A stretch of 64,000 nt of DNA, taken from Solirubrobacteraceae bacterium. GTDB taxonomy: Bacteria; Actinomycetota; Thermoleophilia; Solirubrobacterales; Solirubrobacteraceae. Below the pieces are notes generated by a model. That model was given only the letters and a program-made list of their open reading frames with translations, was not told the DNA's origin and searched no databases. A program made the position numbers and the translations under genes. The stretch lies in NCBI GenBank assembly GCA_046330255.1, contig JAXLTC010000001.1:743787-807786 (forward strand), read 5' to 3'. The first letter of the stretch is position 1. Every line of letters starts with the position of its first letter. Below are positions 9,686 to 19,024 of the stretch, in pieces.

Positions 9686-11248
9686 ATGTCCTGGGAGCCC
9701 GAGCTCGAGGAGCTTCGACGCCGCCGCGAGCTCGCCGCGCAGATGGGCGGACCCGAGCGGGTCACGCGCCAGCACGACAGCGGGCGCCTCACCGTGCGCG
9801 AGCGCGTCGACCGCCTGCTCGACGCCGGCAGCTTCCGCGAGACCGGCGGGATCGCCGGACGCGCCGTCTACCGCGACGACGGCCCGATCGGATCGTTCAC
9901 GCCCGCGAACACGATCGTCGGCCGCGGCCGGGTCGACGGCCGGCGCGTGGTCGTGCAGGCCGACGACTTCACCGTCCGCGGAGGAGCGGCGGACGCGGCG
10001 ATCTGGGAGAAGATGGTCTGGGCCGAGCGCGCCGCGCTCGAGGGGCGCGTGCCGCTGGTGCGGCTCGTCGACGGGACCGGGGGCGGCGGGAGCGTGCGCT
10101 CGCTGGAGGAGGGGGGCTTCACCTACGTCCCGGTCATCCCGGGCTGGGAGGTGGCGGTCGAGAGCCTCGCGACCGTGCCCGTGGTGGCGGCCGCGCTGGG
10201 GCCGACCGCGGGCCTGGGCGCGGCGAGGGTGGTCTCGTCGCACTTCTCGGTGATCGTGCGCGGGACGGCGCAGCTGTTCGTCGCGGGCCCGCCGGTCGTC
10301 GCCGCGGCGATGAACGAGGCGCCGGGCAAGGAGGAGCTCGGCGGCTCGCGCGCGCAGACGCGCGCCGGCGCGGTCGACAACGAGGCCGCCGACGAGGAGG
10401 ACGCCTTCGCGCAGCTGCGCCGGTTCCTGTCCTACCTGCCGTCGAGCGTCTGGGAGGCGCCGCCGGCCGCGGAGTGCGACGACCCGCCCGACCGCGCGGA
10501 GCAGGCGCTGCTCTCGGTCGTGCCGCGCGACCGCCGGCGCCCGTACGGGGCGCGCGCGATCGTCGAGGCGGTCTTCGACCGCGACTCCGTCTTCGAGGCC
10601 GGCGCGCGGCACGGCCGCTCGCTGATCACCGCGCTCGCGCGGCTCGGGGGGCTGCCGGTAGGGGTGCTGGCCGGCGACCCTGTCCACTACGGCGGCGGCC
10701 TCACCGCGCAGGCCGCGGACAAGCTGGCCCGCTGGGTGGATCTCTGCGACCAGTTCCACCTGCCGGTCGTCAACCTGGTCGACCAGCCCGGTTTCGTGAT
10801 CGGGACGGAGGCCGAGCGCGCGAACACGATGCGGCGCGGGGCGCGCGCGCTCGCCGCCGTCTACCAGGCGACGGTGCCGTGGGCGACCGTGATCGTCCGC
10901 AAGGCCTACGGGATCGCGGGCGCCGCGCACGCCAACCACTCCCGTCACGGCCTGCGCGTGGCCTGGCCGTCGGGCGACTGGGGCTCGCTGCCGCTCGAGG
11001 GTGGCATCGAGGCGGCCTACCGCCGGGAGCTCGAGGCCGCGGACGACCCCGCCGCCCTGCGCGCGGAGATCGAGGCGCGGCTCGACGCGGTGCGCTCGCC
11101 GTTCCGCACCGCGGAGCGCTTCGGGATCGAGGACATCATCGACCCACGCGACACGCGGGCGCTGCTGTGCGAGTGGGCCGCGCACGCGCACGAGCTCGTG
11201 CGCCACGAGCTCGCGTCCGGTCCCAAGCGGCGCGGGCCGCGGCCGTAG
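9686..11248 (+). CDS. acyl-CoA carboxylase carboxyltransferase (beta) subunit
   Basis: ATG at 9686 (MSWEPELEELRRRR). Carboxyl-transferase pattern GRLTVRERVDRLLD, two CoA-carboxylase half-domains, LPVVNLVDQPGF. 520 aa. Confidence 0.85.
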   Translation: MSWEPELEELRRRRELAAQMGGPERVTRQHDSGRLTVRERVDRLLDAGSFRETGGIAGRAVYRDDGPIGSFTPANTIVGRGRVDGRRVVVQADDFTVRGGAADAAIWEKMVWAERAALEGRVPLVRLVDGTGGGGSVRSLEEGGFTYVPVIPGWEVAVESLATVPVVAAALGPTAGLGAARVVSSHFSVIVRGTAQLFVAGPPVVAAAMNEAPGKEELGGSRAQTRAGAVDNEAADEEDAFAQLRRFLSYLPSSVWEAPPAAECDDPPDRAEQALLSVVPRDRRRPYGARAIVEAVFDRDSVFEAGARHGRSLITALARLGGLPVGVLAGDPVHYGGGLTAQAADKLARWVDLCDQFHLPVVNLVDQPGFVIGTEAERANTMRRGARALAAVYQATVPWATVIVRKAYGIAGAAHANHSRHGLRVAWPSGDWGSLPLEGGIEAAYRRELEAADDPAALRAEIEARLDAVRSPFRTAERFGIEDIIDPRDTRALLCEWAAHAHELVRHELASGPKRRGPRP

Positions 11249-11254
11249 GCGAGC

Positions 11255-11947
11255 TCAGGCGGCGCCGATGAAGTACTCGCCCATGCCCGCGGGGCGCAGC
11301 CGGTTAATCAAGAGTTGGAGCAGAGGCGCGAGGACCACCCACGAGACGAGCGTCAGCGTCGTGTCGACGAACGCCAGCGGCAGGGTGGCCACGAAGATGA
11401 TCACCGGTGTGCTGGAGGCGAGCAGCCCCCAGCGGTACACGTCATCCGGCAGCGCGACCCGCATCAGGGCGTGGCGGCGCGCGTGGGCGAACAGCACGGT
11501 CTCCATGCCCGACACCGCGCCGAGCGCGACCGCGAACGCGACGACCGAGATCGGGTTGCCCTCGTACTCGCCGACCAGTGCCGTGGGGAACGGAAGGAAC
11601 GCGACGAACCCCAGGTAGACGAGGCTGAGCGCCATGAAGCGGGAATCGACCGCCCGCAGCTGCGCCACGAAGGAGTGGTTCGCCAGCCAGTAGCGGCCGA
11701 TCAGGATGAACGCTACGGCGAAGCTGGTGATCTCCGGGATCCTGTCGTCCAGCCCGTCGATCAGGGCGGAGGCGCTCGAGTGCTTTCCCGCTGCCAGCCC
11801 CGGCACGCCGATCTCCAGCACCAGCAGCGTCAGCGCGATCGCGAAGACCGCGTCGGTGAAGAACGTGACGCGGTCGAACTCGAGGCCGGCCCCGCGGACC
11901 CATGCCCCGGCGGGCAGGCTGCGCGTCTCCTCCCGGGCAGGCTCCAT
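11255..11947 (-). CDS. TMEM175-family (DUF1211) potassium channel-like membrane protein
   Basis: Signature RVTFFTDAVFAIALTLLVLEI in TM1 and six predicted hydrophobic helices. Confidence 0.75.
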   Translation of the reverse strand: MEPAREETRSLPAGAWVRGAGLEFDRVTFFTDAVFAIALTLLVLEIGVPGLAAGKHSSASALIDGLDDRIPEITSFAVAFILIGRYWLANHSFVAQLRAVDSRFMALSLVYLGFVAFLPFPTALVGEYEGNPISVVAFAVALGAVSGMETVLFAHARRHALMRVALPDDVYRWGLLASSTPVIIFVATLPLAFVDTTLTLVSWVVLAPLLQLLINRLRPAGMGEYFIGAA

Positions 11948-12018
11948 CGCCGGATCTTCCCTAACGCCGCCGACGGCTCCCGGCGGTCACGGGGCGGCGC
12001 GGGCCGCCGGAACGAGAA

Positions 12019-12040
12019 CCGGCCCGCTCTCGCGGGCCGG
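12019..12040 (-). terminator. intrinsic terminator-like hairpin downstream of csp
   Basis: Perfect 9-bp stem CCGGCCCGC / GCGGGCCGG with a 4-nt loop. On the minus strand it is followed by UUCUCGUU, and it lies 25 nt after the csp stop. Confidence 0.55.
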
Positions 12041-12064
12041 CGTCCTGCGGGTGATGGGCCTGGG

Positions 12065-12289
12065 CTAGACCAGGTTGACGTTGATCGCCTTGGGCCCCTT
12101 GTCGCCGGCCTCCTCCTCGTAGGAGACCTTGGCGCCCTCGGCGAGCGACTTGTAGCCCTGCGATTGGATCGCCGAGTAGTGGACGAAGAGGTCCTGACCG
12201 CCCTCATCGGGCGTGATGAACCCGAACCCCTTGTCGTCCCTGAACCACTTCACCGTTCCGGTGGGCACGTGAATCCTGTCCTCCTGCAA
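12065..12289 (-). CDS. cspA: cold-shock protein (CspA family)
   Basis: [15 protein letters not shown] (RNP1) and DLFVHYSAI (RNP2). The start could instead be a few codons downstream of 12289. Confidence 0.9.
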   Translation of the reverse strand: MQEDRIHVPTGTVKWFRDDKGFGFITPDEGGQDLFVHYSAIQSQGYKSLAEGAKVSYEEEAGDKGPKAINVNLV

Positions 12290-12416
12290 TGTGCCGCGAC
12301 CCGGAGGCTGCCGAGTGGCTCACCCGCGAGCGCCTGCACTCACTTTCGCCGGTGTCACCCGGCCTGACCGCGGGCACGGTAGCACTCCGGCACGGCGCCT
12401 TAGCGCCCGGGTGCGG

Positions 12417-14141
12417 CTACGCGGTGCCCGCGACGCGCGCGACCTCGGCCAGCGAGGTCACCCCGTCGCGCACCTTGGCGATGCCGTCGTCGCGCAGGCG
12501 CGCCATGCCCTCGGCGGCCGCGACCTCGGCGACGGCGTCCGCGGGACGCCGCTGCAGGGCGAGCGAGCGGATCTCCTCGGTGACCGTCATCACCTCGTAC
12601 AGCCCGACCCGGCCCTTGTAGCCTGTACCCGCGCAGCGCGGGCATCCCTTCGGCTCCCAGGCCGTCATGCCGCTCTCGGCGTCGAAGCCGTTGGCGCGCA
12701 GCGCCTCCGAGTCGACGAGCTGCTCCTGCTTGCAGGCGTCGCAGAGCCGCCGGGCGAGCCGCTGGGCGACGACGCAGTCGATCGCCGAGGCGACGAGAAA
12801 CGGCTCGACCCCCATCTCGATCAGGCGCGTGATCGCGGTCGGCGCGTCGTTGGTGTGCAGGGTCGTGAGCACGAGATGCCCGGTGAGCGCGGCCTCGATC
12901 GAGATCCGTGCGGTCTCGTCGTCCCGCACCTCGCCGACCATGACCACGTCCGGGTCGGCGCGCAGCGCCGCGCGCAGCCCGCTCGCGAACGTGACGCCCG
13001 CCTTCTTGTTCACCTGCATCTGCTTGAGGCCCGCGATCCGGTACTCGACGGGATCCTCGATCGTGAGGATGCTGCGGTCCCCCGTGTTCAGGAGGTTGAG
13101 CGCCGCGTAGAGCGTGGTCGACTTGCCCGAGCCGGTCGGCCCGGTCACGAGCACCGCGCCGTACGGCTGGCCCGCCGCGGAGACGAACCGGTCGCGCTCG
13201 GTCTCGCGCATCCCGAGCTGGTCGAGGCCGATCCGCGCCGAGGCGCGGTCGAGCAGCCGCATGACGACCGACTCGCCGCCGACGAGCGGCAGCGTGACCA
13301 CCCGCACGTCGACCGAGCGCCCGTCCAGCGTCATCCCGAAGCGACCGTCCTGCGGCCTGCGCCGCTCGGCGATGTCGAGCTCGGCCATGATCTTGATCCG
13401 CGAGACGACCCCCGAGACCATCTTCTTGGGCACGGTCAGCGAGGCCGCGAGCACGCCGTCGACGCGGAGCTGGCCGACCAGCTCGCCGCCCTCGGCGGCC
13501 AGGTGGATGTCCGACGCGCCCTGCTCGATCGCCTGCGCGATGATCGAGTGCACGAGCTTGATGACCGGCGCCTCGTCGGCACCGTCGAGCACCTCGACGC
13601 CGGCGGGGTCCTCCTCCACCTCCTCCTGCTCCTGGACCGCCTCCTGCACGGCCTCGTCGAAGCGGTTGAGCTTGGAGACCAGGACCTCGATGTCCTCCGG
13701 TGCCGCGATCGCCGCGGTGACCTCCATCCCGCTCATCATCGCGATGTCGTCCATCGCGAGCACGTTCGCCGGGTCGGCCATCGCGACCAGCAGCGTGCGA
13801 TCGTCCAGCCGGCCGATCGGGACCGCGCCGTAGCGGCGCGCGGCCTGCGGGCCGAGCATGTTGGCGGCGGCCATGTCGACCGGGAACATCGAGAGGTCGA
13901 CGTGGTCGAGCCCGAAGCGCTCCGCGACGACGCGGGCGAGCTGGTCGCTGGTCAGGACCCCGTCGTCGAGCAGGACGCGCCCGGTGGATCGGCCGTTCTG
14001 CTGCGCGAGCGCGACGGCGTGCTCGACCTGCTCCTCGGTCGCGTACTCGAGCGCTACGACGACCTCTCCGATGCGGCGCGGGGAGCGGCCGCGCTGTGTC
14101 GGCGGCGTCAGCCCGGGCGGCGCCGCTGTGGCGGGGTTCAT
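12417..14141 (-). CDS. GspE/PilB-family type II/IV secretion ATPase (orphan)
   Basis: ATG at 14141 (MNPATAAPP). N-terminal MshEN/T2SSE_N-like region. Walker A GPTGSGKSTT, Asp box, Walker B VVMVGEVRD, His box TGHLVLTTLH, and a tetracysteine CDAC..CPRCAGTGY. 574 aa. Confidence 0.85.
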   Translation of the reverse strand: MNPATAAPPGLTPPTQRGRSPRRIGEVVVALEYATEEQVEHAVALAQQNGRSTGRVLLDDGVLTSDQLARVVAERFGLDHVDLSMFPVDMAAANMLGPQAARRYGAVPIGRLDDRTLLVAMADPANVLAMDDIAMMSGMEVTAAIAAPEDIEVLVSKLNRFDEAVQEAVQEQEEVEEDPAGVEVLDGADEAPVIKLVHSIIAQAIEQGASDIHLAAEGGELVGQLRVDGVLAASLTVPKKMVSGVVSRIKIMAELDIAERRRPQDGRFGMTLDGRSVDVRVVTLPLVGGESVVMRLLDRASARIGLDQLGMRETERDRFVSAAGQPYGAVLVTGPTGSGKSTTLYAALNLLNTGDRSILTIEDPVEYRIAGLKQMQVNKKAGVTFASGLRAALRADPDVVMVGEVRDDETARISIEAALTGHLVLTTLHTNDAPTAITRLIEMGVEPFLVASAIDCVVAQRLARRLCDACKQEQLVDSEALRANGFDAESGMTAWEPKGCPRCAGTGYKGRVGLYEVMTVTEEIRSLALQRRPADAVAEVAAAEGMARLRDDGIAKVRDGVTSLAEVARVAGTA

Positions 14142-14219
14142 GTCTCCGCTATCGGCAGCGCGCGAGGGCGGCTGAAGGCCGGTGCGCGCGCGACCGCGGG
14201 CTGCGGTACAAGGGTTGGC

Positions 14220-14636
14220 ATGGGCGAGCGGATCACGATCGCGCGCGGGGTCGAGATCCCGCTGTCGGAGATCGCGATCAGGGCATCGCGCTCGTCGGGA
14301 CCGGGCGGCCAGCACGCCAACGTGACGGCCTCGCGCATCGAGGCCTCGTTCGACGTGGCCGCCTCACCGTCGCTGACCGAGGAGCAGCGACGGCGCGTGA
14401 TGGCCCGCTGCGGCCCGCGCGTGGTCGCGGTCGCGCAGGACGCTCGCTCCCAGGCGCGCAACCGGGAGCTCGCGCTCGAGCGCCTGCGGTCGCGTCTCGC
14501 CGCCGCGCTGCACGTCCCGCGGCCGCGGCGGGCGACCCGCCCGGGCCGCGCGGCCCGCGCAAGGCGGCTCGAGGCCAAGCGCCGGCGCGGCGAGACCAAG
14601 CGCGGGCGCCGCCGGCCCGAGCAGGACGCGCCGTAG
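14220..14636 (+). CDS. arfB: alternative ribosome-rescue factor ArfB (GGQ peptidyl-tRNA hydrolase)
   Basis: ATG at 14220. SGPGGQHANV GGQ motif and a basic C-terminal tail (RRLEAKRRRGETKRGRRRP). 138 aa. Confidence 0.85.
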   Translation: MGERITIARGVEIPLSEIAIRASRSSGPGGQHANVTASRIEASFDVAASPSLTEEQRRRVMARCGPRVVAVAQDARSQARNRELALERLRSRLAAALHVPRPRRATRPGRAARARRLEAKRRRGETKRGRRRPEQDAP

Positions 14637-14674
14637 GATCCCGCCGACCCCGACACGAGAGGAGCAGGCGCCCG

Positions 14675-15781
14675 ATGAGGATGCGAGCCGCGGTGCTGGA
14701 GGAGTTCGGAGCGCCGCTGCGGGTCCAGGAGGTCGAGCTGGCCGACCCCGGCCCCGGCGAGGCGCTGGTCCGGCTGGAGGCGTGCGGCGTCTGCCACACC
14801 GACCTGTACACCGCGTCCGGCGCGGACCCCTCGGGCTACGCGCCCACCGTGCTCGGCCACGAGGGCGCGGGCGTCGTGGAGGCGGTCGGCGAGGGGGTCA
14901 CGCTGCTCGCCCCCGGAGATCACGTCGTCACGCTGTTCTCGCCCCAGTGCGGCGAGTGCGTCCACTGCCGCAGCGAGCGGACGAACCTGTGCCTCGCGAT
15001 CCGCGAGCAGCAGAACGCGGGCCACCTGCCGGACGGGACCACGCGCCTGTCGCGCGACGGGGAGCCGATCCGCCACTTCATGGGCACCTCCACGTTCGCC
15101 GAGTGCACGGTGATGCCCGAGATCGCGCTGGCGAAGGTGCCGCGCGAGGCGCCGCTGGACCGCGCCTGCCTGTTCGCCTGCGGCCTCTCGACCGGCCTCG
15201 GCGCCGCGATGTTCACGGCGCAGGTCGAGCCGGGCTCCACGTGCGTGGTCTTCGGCGCCGGGATGGTCGGGCTGGGCGCCGTCGCCGGGTGCCGCCTGCA
15301 GGGGGCCGAGCGGATCGTGTGCGTGGACCTCTCGCCCGAGCGCCTCGAGCTGGCGCGCGGCCAGGGCGCGACCGACGTGCTGGCCGGCGGCGAGGGCTCG
15401 GTGGAGCAGGTGCTCGAGATGACCGGCGGCTTCGGCGCCGACTACACGTTCGAGGCGACCGGCAACGTGAGGGTGATGCGCCAGGCGGTAGAGGCCGCGC
15501 GGATGGGCTGGGGCCTGTGCACGATCGCGGGCGTCGCCGGCAAGGGTGAGACGCTCGACGTGATCCCGCGCTGGCTGATCACCGGGCGGCGCATCGCGGG
15601 CTCCTCGTTCGGCGGCTGCAAGGGACGGCGCGACGTGCCGGCGCTGGTCGGGCGCTGGCTGGACGGTGAGATCGACGTCGAGCCGTTCGTCTCGCACCGC
15701 CTGACGCTCGACGAGGTCAACCGCGGGTTCGAGCTGATGGAGGCCCAGGACGGGATCCGCAGCGTGATCTCGTTCGGCTGA
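14675..15781 (+). CDS. class III zinc alcohol dehydrogenase (S-(hydroxymethyl)mycothiol/glutathione dehydrogenase-like)
   Basis: ATG at 14675 with GAGAGGAG upstream. Motifs CGVCHTD, GHEGAGVVE, the structural zinc site CGECVHC..C, and GAGMVGLG. Confidence 0.85.
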   Translation: MRMRAAVLEEFGAPLRVQEVELADPGPGEALVRLEACGVCHTDLYTASGADPSGYAPTVLGHEGAGVVEAVGEGVTLLAPGDHVVTLFSPQCGECVHCRSERTNLCLAIREQQNAGHLPDGTTRLSRDGEPIRHFMGTSTFAECTVMPEIALAKVPREAPLDRACLFACGLSTGLGAAMFTAQVEPGSTCVVFGAGMVGLGAVAGCRLQGAERIVCVDLSPERLELARGQGATDVLAGGEGSVEQVLEMTGGFGADYTFEATGNVRVMRQAVEAARMGWGLCTIAGVAGKGETLDVIPRWLITGRRIAGSSFGGCKGRRDVPALVGRWLDGEIDVEPFVSHRLTLDEVNRGFELMEAQDGIRSVISFG

Positions 15782-15788
15782 GCGGCGC

Positions 15789-16493
15789 TCAGCCGACCGT
15801 GAGCGTCGCGCTCATGCCGAGCGTCTCGTGCCCGGGGAGGTCGCAGAAGAGCGTGTAGGCGCCCGGCGCGAGCGCCCGGCGCGCGGCCGTCGCGACCTGG
15901 AGCGACGGCGTCTCGGAGACCAGCGGTGTCGCCGGCCCGGCCCCCTGCCTGATCGCGAGGTCGTGCGGGTCCTGGCCCCGGTTGTCGAGCTGGACGACCG
16001 CGTCGCCGGCCGGAAGCTGGGGCCGTGACAGCGCGAGGCTGTACTCGCGCGCGGTCACGAGCAGGCGGGCCGGCGCCGGAGACCCCGGCGGGGCGGGAGG
16101 CGCGGGCGGCGTGGGCGGCTGTACGGACGGCGGCGCCGGCCCGGACGGGGAGGCGGGCGGCCGTGCCGGCGTCGCCGGCCGCCGCGCCGATGTCCGCCGC
16201 CGGCGGGTGCGGCAGCGCGCGGGACGGCTGCGCGCGCGGCGGCGGGCACGCGAGCGCCGCGCGGCGGGCCGCCGCCGGGGGCAGCGGGCGCGACGAGAGC
16301 GCGCCCGGCGCCGGTTGGCGGCGCGGCGCCTGGTGGCCGAGACGCTCGCCCGAGTGGCGGCGGCGCCGTCGCCCGCGCCCGGGGACGCGGAGGTCGCGGC
16401 ACCCGGGCCGGCCGCCGCGGAGCCCGGGAGCGCGAGCGCTCCGGCGGCGATCAGGGCGGCGTACGGCAGGCTGGCGCGGCGGCTGCGCGACAC
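15789..16493 (-). CDS. secreted cupredoxin (type-1 copper) domain protein with Arg-rich and Pro-rich spacers
   Basis: Signal peptide LPYAALIAAGALALPGSAAA. The C-terminal roughly 95 aa carry a blue-copper ligand pattern: DPHDL ... LFCDLPGHETLGM (His, Cys, His, Met). Confidence 0.65.
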   Translation of the reverse strand: MSRSRRASLPYAALIAAGALALPGSAAAGPGAATSASPGAGDGAAATRASVSATRRRAANRRRARSRRARCPRRRPAARRSRARRRARSRPARCRTRRRRTSARRPATPARPPASPSGPAPPSVQPPTPPAPPAPPGSPAPARLLVTAREYSLALSRPQLPAGDAVVQLDNRGQDPHDLAIRQGAGPATPLVSETPSLQVATAARRALAPGAYTLFCDLPGHETLGMSATLTVG

Positions 16494-16589
16494 ACGCTCC
16501 GACTCGTCGCCCGCGCTCGCGCGCGCGAGCGGGGCGCACCGGCCTGGACGGATGGCCGACCGCTCGCAGCGCGCGTCTCGACGGGCGGC

Positions 16590-16889
16590 CTACTCGCGTC
16601 CGTGGCTCAGCCGCGCCAGGTCCTGGTGCAGCTCGCTCACCCGGCGCTTGACGGGATCCGAGTCCGGGCGGTCGTGGACGAGATCCCAGGTTCGGTCGGC
16701 CACCTCGCCGGCGGACCCGGGAGTCGCGTTCGCGGCAAGCCGCTCGACGAGTTGGATCTCGAATGCCTCGACCTGCGCCGCGGGCTCGGCCGCCGGCATG
16801 CGCGGCAGCGGCTCCCGCACGGCGTCACGCCAGATCGATGTCGCGACGGCGAGCCGGTTGCGGAGGCTCCCTGCGTCCACGGCGCGCAA
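16590..16889 (-). CDS. hypothetical protein (99 aa)
   Basis: High third-position GC. Lies 17 nt downstream of, and co-directional with, the catalase-related gene. TTG start. No recognisable motif. Confidence 0.4.
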   Translation of the reverse strand: MRAVDAGSLRNRLAVATSIWRDAVREPLPRMPAAEPAAQVEAFEIQLVERLAANATPGSAGEVADRTWDLVHDRPDSDPVKRRVSELHQDLARLSHGRE

Positions 16890-16906
16890 GTTAGCCGTTC
16901 CCGCGC

Positions 16907-17836
16907 TCAGCCGGCGGTCCGCCGCGCCACCGAGACGCGGTAGGCGCCCGAGCGCGCGTGGAGGATCGGGTCCTCCGAGAGCCCGATCCCGTCGCAGACC
17001 CGCGTGGGGTCGAACACGAGGACATCACCGTCGCGCTCGCGGTCGGTGGCGATCCCGGTCAGCTCCAGGCGGCCCATCTCCACGCGCCGGCGCCGCTGCG
17101 GCCACTCGGCGGTCGGATCGTCGAGCGGGTCACCGGCATCCGCGACCTGCGCCTCGAGCATGAACGCTACGGGCGCGCCCTCCAGGCGCTCCGCGATCTC
17201 CCCCGACAGGTAGTCGCGGGGCAGCGCGGCCGCGCGCTCGTCGCTGAGCGAGGACTCGCCGGCCTGGGGAAGCCAGTGCCAGCGCACCCAGCGCTCGGTT
17301 CCGTCGCCCGCCGTGAGCGAGAACGCATGGATCGCGTGGTAGGCCAGGCGCGCATAGCTCTCGGGCGGGAGCGTCGCCATCACCGCCTGGACCGCGGGAA
17401 GCGTCTCCGGATGGGCGCCGAGGAAGGCGCCGACCCGCTCCATGTCGGGAGCGCCGGTCTCCGGGTCGGGGACGCGCGCCTCGCCGAACGCGATGAAGTC
17501 CTCGACCGTGCGCACGAAGAACCTCGGCAGGGTCATCGCGACGATGTCCGTCGTCGATCCGTCCGGGAGGTAGAGCTTCACCGCCAGGCCGTGCGCCCCG
17601 CGGGCGGCGTCGCGCGCCGACGGGTCGCCGCTCCCGTTGGAGAAGCGCACGTGGGCGCGGTGCGGCCCGCCCGAGAAGTGCGGCGCGCGGCACAGCTCCG
17701 CGGCGGGCGGCGAGGGAGTGAAGCTCGCGGCGCACAGCACGCCGCGAGCGTGCGCGGCGCGCCGGCCCTCGTGACGGCCGCCGATCGCCTCCAGGAGGTC
17801 GACCAGGCGCTCTGAGGTCGGGTCGGCCCCGGGCAC
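16907..17836 (-). CDS. catalase-related (catalase family, small-subunit-like) haem protein
   Basis: Catalase-core-like pattern HARGV..A.F, RFSNGSG and GLAVKLYLPDGSTTDIV. At 309 aa it is a truncated catalase-related type. Confidence 0.7.
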   Translation of the reverse strand: MPGADPTSERLVDLLEAIGGRHEGRRAAHARGVLCAASFTPSPPAAELCRAPHFSGGPHRAHVRFSNGSGDPSARDAARGAHGLAVKLYLPDGSTTDIVAMTLPRFFVRTVEDFIAFGEARVPDPETGAPDMERVGAFLGAHPETLPAVQAVMATLPPESYARLAYHAIHAFSLTAGDGTERWVRWHWLPQAGESSLSDERAAALPRDYLSGEIAERLEGAPVAFMLEAQVADAGDPLDDPTAEWPQRRRRVEMGRLELTGIATDRERDGDVLVFDPTRVCDGIGLSEDPILHARSGAYRVSVARRTAG

Positions 17837-17879
17837 GAGCGCCAGCCTACGCGCCCCGCGCCGTCCGGTCCACGGCCGC

Positions 17880-18665
17880 TCAGCGCGGCAGCACGAGCAG
17901 CGCCTGCACGGCGCGGCCGATGCGGCCGCGCTCGTCCCGGAGCACGCTCTCGGCCGAGCCCGTGCCGTCGGCGGCGATGCGCGTCACCGCGTCGAGGCAT
18001 ACCCACTCCCCCTCCGGGTCGCGATCCAGGTAGACCGTGAGGTCGGGGTTGATGAACGCGTGGGCATCCCAGTCGAGCGTGGCGCTGATCCCGTTGCCGA
18101 AGTCCGCCGCCGCGAGCGCCCGCTGCAGCGGCGATGGCTCCTCGCCCGCGACGAGCGGCACCCGCAGCCGCAACCATGCCGCCGCCGGGCCGGGCTCGCG
18201 CCAGTCGCCGCTCAGGTAGCGGATCTCCATCGCGTCGGCGCCGAAGGTCGGCCGCACCGCCGAGGGCGGCGGGCCGGCGGTGCGCGCCGACTCCGGTGGC
18301 GCGGGAGCCGTCTCCGGCGGCGCCACCGGCGCCGTGGCACCCGCGTCCGAGCGGATCCGCAGACCTGTGGCGCGGCAGACCTCGCTCTCGCCGTGGTGGA
18401 GCGACGCGGAGAGCAACTGGGCGCTGCGGCCGGACTTGACGGTCTCGACGCTCAGCGCCAGCGGCGCGATCGGGACCGGGCGCAGGAACTCGACCGTGAT
18501 CCGCGCCATGCGCGTTCCCCCGCCGCCCGCGTGACGCTCGATCGCGCCCGCGAGCAGCGCGGCGGGCGCTCCTCCGTGCTGGGCGCCCGGGTCCCAGGGT
18601 CCGCGCGACAGCGCGGTCGGGTGCAGGCGGCCTGCGGGCTCGTGCATGTAGACGGCTTCGGGCAC
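17880..18665 (-). CDS. thioesterase-like superfamily protein (acyl-CoA thioesterase II-like double hot-dog)
   Basis: N-terminal GPWDPGAQHGGAPAALL pattern typical of the 4HBT_3/TesB-like family. 261 aa. Confidence 0.65.
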   Translation of the reverse strand: MPEAVYMHEPAGRLHPTALSRGPWDPGAQHGGAPAALLAGAIERHAGGGGTRMARITVEFLRPVPIAPLALSVETVKSGRSAQLLSASLHHGESEVCRATGLRIRSDAGATAPVAPPETAPAPPESARTAGPPPSAVRPTFGADAMEIRYLSGDWREPGPAAAWLRLRVPLVAGEEPSPLQRALAAADFGNGISATLDWDAHAFINPDLTVYLDRDPEGEWVCLDAVTRIAADGTGSAESVLRDERGRIGRAVQALLVLPR

Positions 18666-18706
18666 GGCCGGCGATGCTAGGCGAGATGCCCGCGGGCCTG
18701 CCGAGC

Positions 18707-18807
18707 GTTCGGGCGCCCGGGTTGGGCTCGTGCCCGGGGCGGGTTCGAGCGCCCGGGTCCGGTTCGAGCGCCGGGTCCGGTTCGCGCGTTGCCGGTTGCC
18801 TGTTACG
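18707..18807. repeat. degenerate tandem repeat, 15-19-nt unit (GTTCGAGCGCCCGGGTCCG), about 5-6 copies
   Basis: Direct reading: 18743-18761 and 18762-18779 are near-identical, and the flanking units are degenerate. Immediately precedes element copy A. Confidence 0.7.
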
Positions 18808-18809
18808 CA

Positions 18810-18972
18810 GAGAACTGCGGCTAAGAAGGAGGCAATTCGCGCTCGCGGAGGGCGGGCTCTCCGCGAGAGTGCGATTTTCTCCGTATATCGAGATCAAGTG
18901 CACTCTCGCGACACGGCCGCCGCCGAGCGGCTCCTTCGTTGCCGCCGTTCGCAACGACCCACGCCCGCGGGG
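18810..18972 (+). repeat. structured intergenic element, copy A (full length)
   Basis: Arms GAGAACTGCGGCTAAGAAGGAG (18810-18831) and CTCCTTCGTTGCCGCCGTTCGC (18931-18952) are complementary at 18 of 22 positions. Inner hairpin 18842-18850/18859-18867. Alternative helix 18862-18872/18900-18910 around the AT-rich core GATTTTCTCCGTATATCGAGATCAAG. Confidence 0.8.
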
Positions 18973-19024
18973 GCGCGGATGGTCGGGCATCGGCCCCATC
19001 CGAGCGGCTCGGCCGCCGGAGCCA

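Noticed and set aside
12291-14636. 781-aa plus-strand ORF antisense to the GspE/PilB gene
   Set aside because: Only the final 417 nt (arfB, from ATG 14220) carry a recognisable protein with the GGQ motif. The remainder is antisense to a gene with complete ATPase motifs.
18742-18780. tRNA-like GGTTCGAGC (T-arm-like) strings
   Set aside because: They are units of the 19-nt tandem repeat. No acceptor, D or anticodon arms can be drawn around them.
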